Below are positions 54,132-62,870 of a stretch of DNA of 64,000 bases, in pieces. Position 1 is the first letter of the stretch. Each line of letters opens with the position of its first letter. The DNA is from an uncultured Pseudomonadota bacterium. GTDB taxonomy: Bacteria > Myxococcota_A > UBA796 > SXON01. Below the pieces are notes generated by a model, which did not search any database, had not been told where the DNA came from, and worked only from the letters and a program-made list of their open reading frames with translations. A program made the position numbers and the translations under genes. Location of the stretch: positions 1,224-65,223 of the forward strand of contig CAISIK010000061.1 of NCBI GenBank assembly GCA_903885375.1. The letters run 5' to 3'.

Positions 54132-55898
54132 ATGTTGCTGATCCTCGCCAGCTCCGCCCTTGCGGGCGTCCTCGTCAACGAGGTCTACTACGACCCCGAT
54201 CCCGAGGGTGACGACGGCAACGAGTGGATCGAGCTGTGCAACAACGGCGTCGAAACGGTCGACCTCAGCGGGTGGTGGATCGAGGCGGGCGGGTCCTCGT
54301 TCGACAGCTGCTTCGACATCGCCTCGGCCTCCATCGATGCCGGCGGCTACGTCCTGATCGGTGGCGCCAGCGGCCCGGTGCCCGGCAGCTTCTCGCCGAA
54401 CCTGCAGAATGGGGGGAGCGAGTCGGATGGCGTGCGCCTCGTGAACGCCGAAGGCGTGGTCGTGGACACCGTGCTCTACGACGAGGACAACACCAGCCTC
54501 CTCCCCGACGATCTGGGCGGCACCTCGAGCGCGCCTGCGCCCGACGTTTCGGGCGGCCACTCGATCGGCCGCTGGAACGGCAGCTCCGACTGTGTCGACA
54601 CCGATGTGTCCGGCGCCGACTTCATCGACTACGAAGTGCCGTCGGCCGGCGTGGCCAACCCCGCCCCCGCCACCGATCCGGGCGGCGATGCCGACTGCAC
54701 CGGGGCTCCCTCGGTGCGCGTGAACGAGTTCCTCTCCAACCCCGAGGGCAGCGACGACGACCTCGAGTGGGTGGAGCTCTACAACGGCGGCACCGAGTCC
54801 TTCGACCTCTCTGGTTGGGTGGTGCGCGGCGCCACGAAGTCCACCGGTGGGTCCTCCAACGTGATCCCCGAGGGCTCCCTGCTGGAAGCGGGCGCGTTCC
54901 TCGTCGTGGGCAACGGCGGCATCGGCACCATCTCCCTGGGCAACGGCACCGGCGGCGATGGGGTGTACCTCGAATGCAACGGCGCGGTGGTCGACACCAT
55001 CATCTACGGCACGAGCAACAGCGACGCGCTCCCCGATGAGTCCGGCGCGGTGGCCACGCTGCTGGGCGCCGTGCCCTCGGAAGGCGTGTCGCTCTCCCGC
55101 CGGGTGGACGGTGGGGACTCCGACGACCCCACGGCCGATTGGACCTCGTCGTCCGTGAACACCCCCGGCGCCGCCAACCAGACGCCCCAGTGCAACCCCG
55201 CGGGCGCCGAGGGCCTCAAGGTCAACGAGGTGATGTACGACCCCTCGAGTGATGACTCCACCAACGAGTTCGTGGAGTTGGTCAACACCGGCTCCGTGGC
55301 GATCCAGCTCGAAGGTTTCGTGCTGGAAGCGGCCAAGAGCTCCTGGGGCATCAACGCTACGCTTCCGGCCGGCGCGGTCATCGAGCCGGGCGAGTTCTTC
55401 GTGGTCGGCGGCGGCACCGTCACCAACGAGGACTACACCGCCTCCAAGCTGGACCTTGGCAATGGCACCGACGGGGATGGCGTGCGCATCCTCGATTGCA
55501 CCGGCGTGGTGCTCGACAGCATGCTCTACGGCGGCGCCACCGGCGATGGGCTCGAAGGAGACAACGGGTCGACCGACGTGGCCGACAAGGTGAGCGCCGG
55601 AACTTCGCTGGGTCGGTACCCCGACGGCGCCGACAGCGATGCCCACACCGACTGGTTCCCGTACTCCACCCCCACGCCGGGCGCCGCCAACGCCGATCCC
55701 GGCGCGGAGGACACCGGTTCGGGCTCCGACACCGGCAACGGCGGGGACACCGGTTCCGGGGGAGACACGGGCGTGTGCGGGCCCAGCGCCGAGCGTCCCG
55801 ATGGGGCGGCGTGCGCCACCACCGGGCTTCCGTTCGGGGGCCTGGAGGTGGTGGCCGCCGCGATCGTGGCGGTGCGTCGTCGTCGCCGCGCCGGTTGA
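54132..55898 (+). CDS. Secreted protein with three lamin-tail domains and a MYXO-CTERM-like C-terminal tag
   Basis: 588 aa; GGGAG RBS; short signal peptide. Three LTD repeats (VLVNEVYYDPDPEGDDGNEWIELCNNG; VRVNEFLSNPEGSDDDLEWVELYNGG; LKVNEVMYDPSSDDSTNEFVELVNTG). C-terminus as described in the next feature. Confidence 0.8.
   Translation: MLLILASSALAGVLVNEVYYDPDPEGDDGNEWIELCNNGVETVDLSGWWIEAGGSSFDSCFDIASASIDAGGYVLIGGASGPVPGSFSPNLQNGGSESDGVRLVNAEGVVVDTVLYDEDNTSLLPDDLGGTSSAPAPDVSGGHSIGRWNGSSDCVDTDVSGADFIDYEVPSAGVANPAPATDPGGDADCTGAPSVRVNEFLSNPEGSDDDLEWVELYNGGTESFDLSGWVVRGATKSTGGSSNVIPEGSLLEAGAFLVVGNGGIGTISLGNGTGGDGVYLECNGAVVDTIIYGTSNSDALPDESGAVATLLGAVPSEGVSLSRRVDGGDSDDPTADWTSSSVNTPGAANQTPQCNPAGAEGLKVNEVMYDPSSDDSTNEFVELVNTGSVAIQLEGFVLEAAKSSWGINATLPAGAVIEPGEFFVVGGGTVTNEDYTASKLDLGNGTDGDGVRILDCTGVVLDSMLYGGATGDGLEGDNGSTDVADKVSAGTSLGRYPDGADSDAHTDWFPYSTPTPGAANADPGAEDTGSGSDTGNGGDTGSGGDTGVCGPSAERPDGAACATTGLPFGGLEVVAAAIVAVRRRRRAG
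55770..55895 (+). other. C-terminal sorting-tag-like region (Cys / small residues / hydrophobic helix / Arg cluster)
   Basis: GVCGPSAERPDGAACATTGLPFGGLEVVAAAIVAVRRRRRAG, the last 42 codons of the LTD protein. Confidence 0.6.
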
Positions 55899-55955
55899 GG
55901 CTCGCCGGGAGGGATTCGGTTCATCGCGGGTGAATCGGGCGGTATAGTGGCGCCC

Positions 55956-56912
55956 ATGTGCTCGCTCCTCCTGCTCCTCCTCGCCGCCTGCCCCAACACA
56001 CCCGAAGAAAGTGGCCAGCCCACCGATACCGACACCGGCGGCGGCATCGTGGATGGCGACCCGACCACCATCCCGCTCAACGGCGTCTGCCCCCTCGATA
56101 CGCGCTGGGGCGGGTTCAAGGTCGAGGCAAACGTCGACTACTCGGCGATCGACGGGTACATCTCCAACGGTGTCGTGCCGGGAAACGTGATGGAGGAGGC
56201 GGGGAAGGAAGGGGACTGCCGCCTGATGAAGCGCGAGAACCCCTACTGCAACCCCGTTTGCGAGGCGGGCGAGACCTGCGACTTCGACGGCACCTGTCTC
56301 CCGTACCCGGAGAACCAGGACCTCGGCACGGTCACCATCGAGGGGCTCCGCAACGCGGTATCGATGGAGCCCTCGGAGTCCGGGAAGAAATACTTCTACA
56401 CCCAGCTCGATCCCCTCGCGTTCGATGCCGGGGTGCTCATCCAGTTGAAGACGGAGGGCGAGGCGTACGCACCGCTCACGCTCAACGGCGTGGGTGTGGT
56501 GCCGCTCGTGCCCACCTCGACGGAGTGGACCATCGCCGAAGGACAGGACCTCGCCGTCGCCTGGGATGCCCCCACGGACGCCGTGCGCAGCGAAATCTTC
56601 CTCACCCTGAACGTGGACCAGCACGGGCTCACCCCGCTCAACCTCGAGTGTGTCTTCGAGGATGATGGCGCCGCCACCGTGCCGGCCTCGGTCATCGATG
56701 CCCTCCTTAGCGCCGGCGTCACGGGCTACCCCACGGGCAAGGTGCAGCGCCGCACGGCTGACAAGGTCGCGCTCGGCGCGGGCTGCGCCGACTTCATCGT
56801 GGACTACTCCTGGGCCACCACGATCACGGTGTCGGGGCATACGCCCTGCAAGTCGGATCGGGACTGTCCCGACGGTGAAACCTGCGACATTCCCAACGAG
56901 ACCTGTGAGTGA
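55956..56912 (+). CDS. Cys-rich hypothetical lipoprotein
   Basis: ATG 55956 (MCSLLLLLLAAC lipobox; alternative GTG 55947). D/T/G linker, then Cys-rich patches YCNPVCEAGETCDFDGTCLPYP and PCKSDRDCPDGETCDIPNETCE. Confidence 0.6.
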   Translation: MCSLLLLLLAACPNTPEESGQPTDTDTGGGIVDGDPTTIPLNGVCPLDTRWGGFKVEANVDYSAIDGYISNGVVPGNVMEEAGKEGDCRLMKRENPYCNPVCEAGETCDFDGTCLPYPENQDLGTVTIEGLRNAVSMEPSESGKKYFYTQLDPLAFDAGVLIQLKTEGEAYAPLTLNGVGVVPLVPTSTEWTIAEGQDLAVAWDAPTDAVRSEIFLTLNVDQHGLTPLNLECVFEDDGAATVPASVIDALLSAGVTGYPTGKVQRRTADKVALGAGCADFIVDYSWATTITVSGHTPCKSDRDCPDGETCDIPNETCE

Positions 56913-58417
56913 TGCGCGGGCTCCTGCTGGTCCTCGTGGGCTGCCCCTCGGGCACGCTGGAGGTGGGCGAGACGGGTGAGCGCGGCCGGGACTCGGGCGG
57001 CGTGGACTCCGGCACCGACACCGCCGATACGGGGGTTGACCCGTCCCTCTGCGACTCCCTCACGCCGCTTCCGCTGGACCGCCCTCGCTCCCTCGGTACC
57101 TTCACCAACGGGGAGGACTTCACGTTCAACGAGGATGGCCAGCACGTGAGCGTGGATGCCCAGGGCAACCTCGTGGGAATCACGATCGATGGCACGCAGC
57201 AGCTCCTGTACCCGGGCCTCGGCACCACGGCCGGCATCCACATGCTTCCGGACGGCTCCGTGGTCTACGCCGACGTGCTGAACAACACCGTGGTGAACGT
57301 CGACTATCGAACGGGCGACTTCCGGATCATCGCTGCGGGCCTCTCCTACCCCAACGGTCTCGACGTGGGTCGGGACGGGATGGTGTACGTGGCCGAGACG
57401 GGGCGGGGTGGGCTCAGGCGCATCGACCCGGCCACCGGCGAGTCGGAGGTGATCGCGCTCGGGCTCGAGGCCCCCAACGGCGTGAGCTTCGGCCCAACCT
57501 GGGATGACCTCTACGTGGGCAGCTTCGGCGGCGGGGCGGTGTACCGCCTGCAGCGCGAAGCAAATGATACATGGTCCCGCCCGGAGGTCTTCGCGCTCAC
57601 TCCCGAGGCCTTGGCGCCGGTGAACGCGTGCGCCGAGGCGGCGCTGGGCACACGTTGCGCGGCCTCCTACTACGGCCTGGAGGGCGAATGTGTGTCATCA
57701 GAGCTTGGCTACAACGTCTGTGAAATCGTGTATGACACACCAGCATGTGTCGGGCTCGCCGTGGGTGATTCATGCGTCACTGAACTTGGGCAGCAGAGCA
57801 TCGAGTCGATCTGTGTGGAGACCAGCGCGGTGGAGGGCGCGTTCTGCGCCTCGGCGCCGGCCGAGCTCGTCGAGCCGTGCGCGGGGAACGAGCAGGGCTC
57901 GCCATGCCGCCTCGACGATGGAACCCTCGCCACCTGCACCCCCACCTTTGAAGGGGTCAACATCTGCTACCCGCAGGCCACCGACTACTCGGAGTACACC
58001 GAGCCCTGCGTGGACCAGGCGCTGGGCGCCGAATGTACCGTGGAAAGCTGGACGTATCCGGTGCATGGCGTTTGCCAGGATGGGTCGACATTCGGCATCC
58101 CGGGCAATTTCTGCTGGACTGCACCCTCGCTCGGCGGTGAGTTCGGAATGCTCGACGGCCTGAACGTGGACGTGTGCGGAAACGTGTACGCCACGGCCTA
58201 CATCGCGGGGCACGTGTACCGGTGGTCGGCCGCCGGCACCGAGCCCGAGCTCGTGGTCGACGTGCGCAGCTCCTGGATTCCGAACCTCCACTGGGGCAAC
58301 GGCGTGGGCGGCTGGGAGAAGAACGTGCTGTACATGGCCGATCGGCAGAGGGGAGGGGTCTTCCCCCTCGACGTGGGCGTCGAAGGGCACGGCGAAGCCT
58401 ACGAGGTGGCGCCGTGA
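56912..58417 (+). CDS. Lipoprotein, SMP-30/gluconolactonase/LRE-like beta-propeller with inserted Cys-rich repeats
   Basis: ATG 56912 (TGATG overlap; lipobox LVLVGC). Propeller-blade motifs SYPNGLDVGRDGMVYVAE, EAPNGVSFGP, LYVGSFGGGAVYRL, GNVYATAYIAGHVYRW. A 16-Cys insert lies at 57629-58114. Confidence 0.7.
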   Translation: MRGLLLVLVGCPSGTLEVGETGERGRDSGGVDSGTDTADTGVDPSLCDSLTPLPLDRPRSLGTFTNGEDFTFNEDGQHVSVDAQGNLVGITIDGTQQLLYPGLGTTAGIHMLPDGSVVYADVLNNTVVNVDYRTGDFRIIAAGLSYPNGLDVGRDGMVYVAETGRGGLRRIDPATGESEVIALGLEAPNGVSFGPTWDDLYVGSFGGGAVYRLQREANDTWSRPEVFALTPEALAPVNACAEAALGTRCAASYYGLEGECVSSELGYNVCEIVYDTPACVGLAVGDSCVTELGQQSIESICVETSAVEGAFCASAPAELVEPCAGNEQGSPCRLDDGTLATCTPTFEGVNICYPQATDYSEYTEPCVDQALGAECTVESWTYPVHGVCQDGSTFGIPGNFCWTAPSLGGEFGMLDGLNVDVCGNVYATAYIAGHVYRWSAAGTEPELVVDVRSSWIPNLHWGNGVGGWEKNVLYMADRQRGGVFPLDVGVEGHGEAYEVAP

Positions 58418-59037
58418 GCGGAGCCTCGCTCGCCTCGATGCTCTTGGCTCCGGGCGCCAGCCTTTCCGACGTTGCCGCCCTCCTCGATGGCCTCGACCAC
58501 GCGGGACGCCGGGCCGCCGTGGAGGCCTGCGGGTTGGCCGAGCTGGGGCGCCTGTACGAGCTGGCCGCGGCGTCCGACCCCATCACCGCCGCCCACTTCG
58601 TCGGCGCGGGGGCGCCCCTGCACCCCACCGTGCACGATGGCTGGAACTCGTTGCCGCTCCCCGCGTTCGGGCGGCGGTTCCAGAAGGTGTTCTGCCGGCC
58701 CGAGCCGGGCGGGCCGGACCGCATCTTCGGCTACAACGAGGGCGGGGCCCGTTGGCTCATCGGCCCGGGCTACTTCCAGCTCGTGCCTACCGCCGGCAAC
58801 GCCGAGTTCGAAGCGCGCGGGGCCTGGGTGGTGGACTACTTCAAGGTGCCCGACGGGCCCGTGCCGGCGTCCTGGCCGTGGGTGGTGCCCAACTGGGTCG
58901 GCCCGCAGGTGCTCGTTTACAACGGCACCCGCGACTTCATGCGCAAGGTGAGCGAGCACGTGAGCGTGGGCAAGCCGTGGTCGCGGCTCGGCGAGCTGCC
59001 CTTCTGCTTCGTGCTGGTCCGGCGGCCGGAGGCGTAG
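58414..59037 (+). CDS. Hypothetical protein
   Basis: GTG 58414 forms a GTGA overlap with the upstream stop (alternative ATG 58438). About 207 aa, genome-like codon usage, no family confidently recognised. Confidence 0.45.
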   Translation: MSGASLASMLLAPGASLSDVAALLDGLDHAGRRAAVEACGLAELGRLYELAAASDPITAAHFVGAGAPLHPTVHDGWNSLPLPAFGRRFQKVFCRPEPGGPDRIFGYNEGGARWLIGPGYFQLVPTAGNAEFEARGAWVVDYFKVPDGPVPASWPWVVPNWVGPQVLVYNGTRDFMRKVSEHVSVGKPWSRLGELPFCFVLVRRPEA

Positions 59038-59054
59038 GCAGCTCCCCCGAGGTG

Positions 59055-59098
59055 GGTCGCGGCGCGGCTTCCCGGCCCGGCGGCAAACCGCCGCGACC
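59055..59098. terminator. GC-rich inverted repeat in a convergent gap (candidate bidirectional terminator)
   Basis: GGTCGCGGCG (59055-59064) and CGCCGCGACC (59089-59098) form a 10-bp perfect stem with a 24-nt loop. It fills the 61-nt gap between convergent genes. Confidence 0.35.
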
Positions 59099-59803
59099 TC
59101 AGCTTGCCGGCACCCGGAGCGCGGCCCGCATCTCCGCTGCCAGGCCGCGGAAGGGCTCGGGTTGGAGGACCGGCTCGCCGTGGCCGAAGACGGCGCCGAT
59201 CGGCGGTACACGTTCGAGCTCCTCGGCGAACCACCGGGCGAACGCCGGCCGGTCCTGCACCACCACGTTGCGACAGCCAAAACCGTTCACCGCGAGCCCC
59301 ACCCGGAAGTCGAGGAAACCGAGGAGCCAGGAGAGCGGCGGCTTGCCGAGGCTGTCGAGGTTCACGACGAGGTCGTTGAGGTACCAGAGGCCTCCCGCCG
59401 GCGTGGCGAAGTGGCCCACCACGTCGGGCCGCTTCACGTGCGGGGGCACGAGCAGCTCCACGCCGGCGGGGAGCCGCTCCACGAGCTCCGCCATGGGGCG
59501 GGGAGGCCGGCCGCGCACGGCTTTTGCCCCCACCCGGTCGAGCATCAGCTCCGGCGCGTAGAGCACCGCCTCCGGAAAACGCTCCTGGCCGCCCCGGACG
59601 CCGAGGCGGTGGTTGCCGTTCGGCGCGAGCAGCGAGGTGACCGTGCCGAGCTCCGCCAGCGCGTTCAGAAGGGAAGGCGCCACCTCGCCCGGCCCCATGC
59701 CGATGGCCACGCTCGAGGCGCTGCCCTGACCGAACCAGTAGGTCGCCCGGTAGAGGCGCAGGGTGGCATCCACGCAGGTCCAGGAGGAGGAGGGTTCATG
59801 CAT
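59099..59803 (-). CDS. Hypothetical protein (possibly DUF4336 / metallo-beta-lactamase-fold-like)
   Basis: 234 aa from ATG 59803 (MHEPSSSW). The rest of the 630-aa track ORF is Arg/Gly-rich and antisense to the EEP gene. The family assignment is only tentative. Confidence 0.5.
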   Translation of the reverse strand: MHEPSSSWTCVDATLRLYRATYWFGQGSASSVAIGMGPGEVAPSLLNALAELGTVTSLLAPNGNHRLGVRGGQERFPEAVLYAPELMLDRVGAKAVRGRPPRPMAELVERLPAGVELLVPPHVKRPDVVGHFATPAGGLWYLNDLVVNLDSLGKPPLSWLLGFLDFRVGLAVNGFGCRNVVVQDRPAFARWFAEELERVPPIGAVFGHGEPVLQPEPFRGLAAEMRAALRVPAS

Positions 59804-59854
59804 GCGCGGGTGTAGCTTCGGGTAGACTCCCACGCAGGGGCTGGGGGCGCAGAG

Positions 59855-60715
59855 ATGGCCGTTCGCGACACGCTGGTGGTGGTGGTGCTCCTCGGTTGCG
59901 ACGCCGAGGAGTCGCTGCCCGCAACGGGTTCGGTCCGCATGCTGAGCTACAATGTTCATGGCTTGCCATCTGGGATTACTGGCGATGATACACCGGCGCG
60001 TATCGCGCAGATCGCCCCCCTGCTCCCGGACTACGACCTCCTCGGCCTTCAGGAAGTCTGGATCGCCGAGGATCAGGCGGTGCTCACCGCCCAGTGCGAG
60101 CATCCTACGCAGGAGTACTTCGATGAACGACTCGATGCCGACCGGGCCTACGGCGCGGGGCTGAACCTGCTCGGGCCCGCGCCCACCCGGCTCGTGCACG
60201 AACAGCACTACACCCAGTGTTACGGCCTGCTCGACGGCGCGAGCGACTGTTTTGCCAGCAAGGGCTTCCAGCTCGTGCGCTTCGAGCTCGGCGCCGGTTC
60301 GGTCGACGTGTACAACAGCCACTTCGAAGCCGGAAGCGGCGAGGAGGATGCGGCGGCGCGCGCCAGCAACGTGGCGGAGCTGCTCGACGCGATGGCCGAG
60401 CTCTCGGGGGGGCGCGCCATCCTCTTCATGGGCGACACCAACCTCGATGGGGACGATCCGGCCGACGAGCCCATCCTCGACGCCCTCTTCGCCGCGGGGC
60501 TCGAGGATGCCTGCGACATCGTGGGCTGCCCCGAGCCCGGGCGCATCGACCGCTTCCTCCTTCGTGATGGCAACGACGTGCGCCTCCGGCCACACGACTG
60601 GAGCGTGGCCGACGGCTTCGTGGATGCGGGAGGCGTGCCGCTTTCGGACCACGATCCCATCGAGCTCTCGATCGATTGGGAGGTCCTGGTGCCCCCTGAC
60701 CAGCTTCCGCGATAG
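59855..60715 (+). CDS. Endonuclease/exonuclease/phosphatase (EEP)-family lipoprotein
   Basis: 286 aa; lipobox VLLGC. EEP motifs MLSYNVHGL, LLGLQEV, FMGDTNL, LSDHDP. Confidence 0.8.
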   Translation: MAVRDTLVVVVLLGCDAEESLPATGSVRMLSYNVHGLPSGITGDDTPARIAQIAPLLPDYDLLGLQEVWIAEDQAVLTAQCEHPTQEYFDERLDADRAYGAGLNLLGPAPTRLVHEQHYTQCYGLLDGASDCFASKGFQLVRFELGAGSVDVYNSHFEAGSGEEDAAARASNVAELLDAMAELSGGRAILFMGDTNLDGDDPADEPILDALFAAGLEDACDIVGCPEPGRIDRFLLRDGNDVRLRPHDWSVADGFVDAGGVPLSDHDPIELSIDWEVLVPPDQLPR

Positions 60716-60725
60716 CCGAGGGGTC

Positions 60726-62870
60726 GTGCGCTCCAGTCCCCAGAGCCTCTCCCGCCGCGGCTTCCTCGCTGGCCTCGGCGTGCTCCTTGTGGCCGTGCAC
60801 CTCCCGCCGGCCGAGGCGGCGGCGGTCGGCTCTCCCTCGCCGTTGAGCGCGTTCGTGGGCATCGCGGCCGATGGCACCACCACGATCCTGTCGCCGTCGT
60901 CCGAAATGGGGCAGGGCGTGTGTACGGCGCTCGCCCAGCTCCTCGCCGAGGAGCTGGATGCGGACTGGTCCCTGGTGCGGGTGGTCACCACGGAGGGGCC
61001 GGAGTTCCGGCGGTCCCTGGGCCCCGGCTACACCATGCAGGTCACGGGCGGGTCCACGAGCGTTCCGGTGTGGAGCGAGCCGTTGCGGGCGGCCGGCGCC
61101 TCTGCGCGGGACAGGCTGGTTCGGGCGGCGGCGGCGCGCTGGGGCGCTCCGGCGGCGAGCCTCACCACGGATGCGGGCGTGGTGCACCACCCCGATGGTC
61201 GCAGCGCCACCTACGGGGAGCTCGCCCTCGAAGCGTCGAAGCTCCGCGCCTCGCGCAACCCGCCGCGGAAGCCGCGCACCGTCGACCGTCTCGTGGGCAC
61301 CTCGGTGCCGCGCAACGATCTCGTGGCGAAGGTCACGGGCGCGGCGACCTTTGGCGTGGACATCCGCATCCCCGGCATGCTCCGCGCGTGTTCGGTGGCC
61401 TGCCCCGTGTTCGGCGGGCGCGTGGGCGCCGTGGAGGATGCGGCCGCCCGCGCCATCCCCGGCGTGCGCGACGTGCTGGTGTTCGAGGACTTCGTGGCGG
61501 TGGTGGCCGATACGTGGTGGCCGGCGAAGCGGGCGGTGGAGGCGCTGAAGATCACCTGGGAAGAGGGCGCGAACGCCGGGCTGGATTCGGCCGGCGTGTC
61601 GGCCGCCCTCCGCGCGGGGCTCGACGCCGAGCGGCCGTTCGTGGGGCGCAGCGAGGGGCGCTCGCCGGCGCTGTGGCCCGCGGAAGAGGTGCTCAGCGCC
61701 GACTACGAGGTGCCCTACCTCGACCATGCGCCGATGGAGCCGCTGAACTGCACGGTGCACATCCAGCCCGACCGCTGCGATGTGTGGGTGGGCACGCAGG
61801 TGCAGACCATGGTGCTCCAGGCCGCGGCGAAGGCCACCGGGCTCCGCGAGGAGCAGGTCTTCGTGCACACGCCCTACCTCGGTGGCGGTTTTGGGCGGCG
61901 CGGCAACAACGACTGGGTGGAGCAGGCGCTGGCCATCGCGGTGCGGCTCCAGAAGCCCGTCCAGCTGTTGTGGACGCGCGAAGAGGGCATCCGCCACGGC
62001 TTCTACCGGCCGGCGTTCGCAGGCCGGCTGCGCGCGCGCGTGGCCGCGGGGGAGGTGAGGGGTCTCCACGTGCGGGTGGCGGGCGACAACATCCTCCACC
62101 GCTACCGGCCGCGCCTCCTGCAGGGGCTCCCGCTCGCCAAGGCGCTGCCCATGGAGGGCCTCCTCGAATCGAGCCCTTACGGGTTCGACGATGTGCGGAT
62201 GGAGGGCGTGCTGGTGGATCTGCCGGTGCCCATCGGGTTCTGGCGGTCGGTGTCCCACAGCTACACCGCCTTCTTCGTGGAGTCCTTCCTCGACGAGGTG
62301 GCCGCGAAGATCGGTGTGGATTCCGTCGCGCTGCGCCGTGGTCTCATCCGCGACTCCCACGCGCGCTTCCGCGCGGTGCTGGAGCTCGCGGTGGAAAAGG
62401 GGGCGTGGGGCAAGCCGGAAGCCGGCCGGTTCCAGGGCGTGGCGTTGCACGAGAGCTTCGGCTCGATCTGCGCGCAGGTGGTGGAGCTCTCGATGGTGGG
62501 CGGGCTCCCGAAGGTGCACCGGATCACGGCAGCGGTGGATTGTGGTCCGGTGGTGAACCCCGACCTCGTTCGTGCGCAGATCATGGGCGGCGCCCTCTTC
62601 GGCCTCTCCGAAGCGCTGGGCGCCCGCCTCGACTTCAAGGCGGGCCGCGTGGTGCAGGGCAACTTCCACGACTACCCGCTCCTCCGCATGAAGGACGCCC
62701 CGAACGTGGAGGTGCACATCGTGGAGAACCCCACGGCCCCCGTCGGCGGAATCGGCGAGATCGGCACCCCGCCCATCGCGCCCGCCGTGTGCAACGCCAT
62801 CTTCGCCGCCACCGGTCGTCGGGTCCGCTCCCTGCCGATCCTGCCGGCGCTCGCCGGGGGCAAGGCATGA
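60726..62870 (+). CDS. Molybdopterin-binding oxidoreductase large subunit (IorB / aldehyde-oxidase family) with Tat signal
   Basis: GTG 60726 chosen; twin-arginine signal [39 protein letters not shown] and [14 protein letters not shown] blocks of xanthine-oxidase-family Mo subunits. Confidence 0.85.
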   Translation: MRSSPQSLSRRGFLAGLGVLLVAVHLPPAEAAAVGSPSPLSAFVGIAADGTTTILSPSSEMGQGVCTALAQLLAEELDADWSLVRVVTTEGPEFRRSLGPGYTMQVTGGSTSVPVWSEPLRAAGASARDRLVRAAAARWGAPAASLTTDAGVVHHPDGRSATYGELALEASKLRASRNPPRKPRTVDRLVGTSVPRNDLVAKVTGAATFGVDIRIPGMLRACSVACPVFGGRVGAVEDAAARAIPGVRDVLVFEDFVAVVADTWWPAKRAVEALKITWEEGANAGLDSAGVSAALRAGLDAERPFVGRSEGRSPALWPAEEVLSADYEVPYLDHAPMEPLNCTVHIQPDRCDVWVGTQVQTMVLQAAAKATGLREEQVFVHTPYLGGGFGRRGNNDWVEQALAIAVRLQKPVQLLWTREEGIRHGFYRPAFAGRLRARVAAGEVRGLHVRVAGDNILHRYRPRLLQGLPLAKALPMEGLLESSPYGFDDVRMEGVLVDLPVPIGFWRSVSHSYTAFFVESFLDEVAAKIGVDSVALRRGLIRDSHARFRAVLELAVEKGAWGKPEAGRFQGVALHESFGSICAQVVELSMVGGLPKVHRITAAVDCGPVVNPDLVRAQIMGGALFGLSEALGARLDFKAGRVVQGNFHDYPLLRMKDAPNVEVHIVENPTAPVGGIGEIGTPPIAPAVCNAIFAATGRRVRSLPILPALAGGKA

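Noticed and set aside
50473-56840. 560-, 704- and 911-aa minus-strand ORFs opposite gspL-N, the LTD gene and the Cys-rich lipoprotein gene
   Set aside because: Antisense shadow frames. The plus-strand genes show signal peptides, prepilin/LTD motifs and translational coupling; the minus frames are Arg/Gly/His-rich.
58414-59037. Vague resemblance of the C-terminal part (..DFMRKVSEHVSVGKPWSRLGELPFCFVLVR) to GXWXG/DUF4334-type proteins
   Set aside because: I could not find the defining GxWxG motif or align more than a short stretch by eye. It is left as hypothetical.
59804-60991. Long N-terminal extensions of track ORFs. This one is an example; others are 13898-14293, 15106-15549, 22931-23488, 27160-27333, 33774-34409, 34745-35872, 38294-38842, 9854-9982 and 60252-60725.
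   Set aside because: The extensions overlap the neighbouring gene, are Arg-rich, and precede an internal start that creates a canonical ATGA/TGATG/GTGA junction and a sensible N-terminus (signal peptide or family start).
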